From assembly GCA_004431415.1 (NCBI GenBank), contig QPMI01000665.1, positions 1-30,401 of the forward strand: 30,401 nucleotides of DNA, written 5' to 3'. Made by a program: the position numbers and the translations under genes. The notes beneath the pieces were generated by a model. That model was given only the letters and a program-made list of their open reading frames with translations. It made no database searches and had not been told where the DNA came from. This DNA comes from Cyanophora paradoxa CCMP329 (Eukaryota > Plantae > Glaucophyta). Within the stretch, counting starts at the first letter, position 1. Every line of letters starts with the position of its first letter. This document shows, piece after piece, positions 28,971-30,401 of the stretch.

Positions 28971-30401
28971 CTCGCAGTGCTTGGCGAGGGCGGCCGCTCC
29001 CCTCCGGCGCCCCGGGTCGGCTCTCCGCTTCGGCGGCGTGACCCTGCGCCCCAGCAGTCAGCTCAGGGCGGGCGTCGCGGGGGAGAGGGGGCGGCTCGCC
29101 CGCACCTCTCTCCCTGCCACCCTGCTGTAGACCACGCCGCCGCCACAGCTGCCCCCGGAACCGCCGGGGCGGTCTCGGCGCGCTTCGAGGCGGCCGAGGC
29201 CACCGCCGCGGCGCGCTTCGAGAGGAGCGAGAGGCGCGCGCTGCGGCGGCCGGTGCGGGGCCCGTCAGCAGCGAGAGCTGCAAAGCGAGTGAAGGTTCAG
29301 CCGTGACGAAACGGGCGGGAGGGCGGGGCGGGCGGGGCGGAGAGAGGAGGAGGGACAAAGACGATAAGAAGTGGAGGGGGAAGGGAAGGGGCGGGAATCG
29401 AGAGAGGCGGTCTCCTGGGGCGCGGTGGCGCGGGGGCCGGGGACCCCTCGCCGCGCGGCCCTCACAGAATGCCCAATGGAGCGATGCGCGGGCCTTGGCG
29501 GCGCTGCGCCGGGGGCGGCGGGGGCCCCGCGGCCCCGCGCCCCGGCCACGCCCGCGCTCCAGCCACCCCGCGCCTGCGCCCCCCGCCCCGTTCGCGGCAC
29601 ACCCGCCTCCTGCCCAGGCTCAGAGGAGGGCGCAAGCGCGGGGCGGGGCGGGGCGGGGCGGGCGGGCGCCTGGGCGGGGGCGCCTCGCCGAGGGACATCG
29701 TCGCCGCCGCCGGCATCCTCCGCGGGCGGGCGCCGCGGCCGCCGCGGCGATGCTGCGGCGCGGCGAGAGAGGGGCGGGACGCACCGAAGGAGGCGATGGG
29801 GCGCGAGGGGTCGTCCTCGGGGCGGCCCCTGCCGCTGCCCGGTGAGAGGGGAGAGGGAGGGGAGGAGGTCAGGAGTGGAACGAGGGCGGGGGAAGGAAGG
29901 AGGGGGGGAAGGAGGAGGCGGGGGAGAGATCGGCGACGGGGCCGCCGGCCGGGCGGGCGTCGCGCCGTGCGCCGCCGCGCCCATCGAGGCGTCGGCTTCT
30001 CCTGCATCGAGACGCGGAACGGGGGTACAGGAGCGCAGCAGACTCGGGGAGGGGGAGGGGGAGGAGGGGGCGGCTCGGGGGTGGCGGAGGAGGGCCGGCG
30101 GGAGAGACGGAGAGGGCGGGCGGGCCTCTGCGGGCGCGCTGTTGTGCGCCGCCCGCGCCCTCCCGCGCGGGCTGCGCGCGCATGCCCCCGTCAGTGGGAG
30201 AGGAAACGAGAAAGGGCGGGGGTACATGCGGGGCGATGCAAGGGTAGCGCCGGGGGTACAGTGGCGTGCGGGGCGACGCTTAGGGGCCGCCTACCGCGTG
30301 TCCCCCTTAGGGGGTAATAAATAAGAGGGGGTACGCGCCTCGTCGGGGCACTCGACCTCGGGCGAGAGAGGGGCACGCGCAGGTGGTCGCCACCGCCTCC
30401 C

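Noticed and set aside
28970-30401. ORFs of 180-380 aa at the right end
   Set aside because: Low-complexity GC-rich translations with no recognisable domain; probably exon fragments and introns that I cannot assemble.

Overview
The window has two parts. (1) Positions 1 to ~16.5 kb are a gene-dense, almost intron-free block, visibly lower in GC than the rest, that reads as an endogenous eukaryotic DNA virus; its left end lies outside the window. It encodes an HUH (rolling-circle-type) endonuclease, small membrane proteins, a penton-like beta protein, one very large (~1,700 codon) coiled-coil/tape-measure-like protein ending in phage-type fibre repeats, a C1q-headed fibre, an FN3+LamG protein, a tandem pair of paralogous beta-rich proteins (capsid or tube candidates) and a degenerate HNH protein. 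It also carries an origin-like inverted repeat. Most of its genes share an A/T-run+TC motif about 17 nt upstream of an A-rich ATG. Many ORFs in 1-9.2 kb are broken by small indels, so they were stitched across frames by eye. (2) From ~16.7 kb the sequence is very GC-rich, intron-rich host DNA of a microbial eukaryote: a ~172-bp satellite, a GC minisatellite, a FUT8-like (GT23) fucosyltransferase with GC-AG introns, a REV3 (Pol zeta) relic, a coiled-coil gene, a rearranged Nudix gene and local duplications. No database searches were possible; all family calls come from motif recognition.
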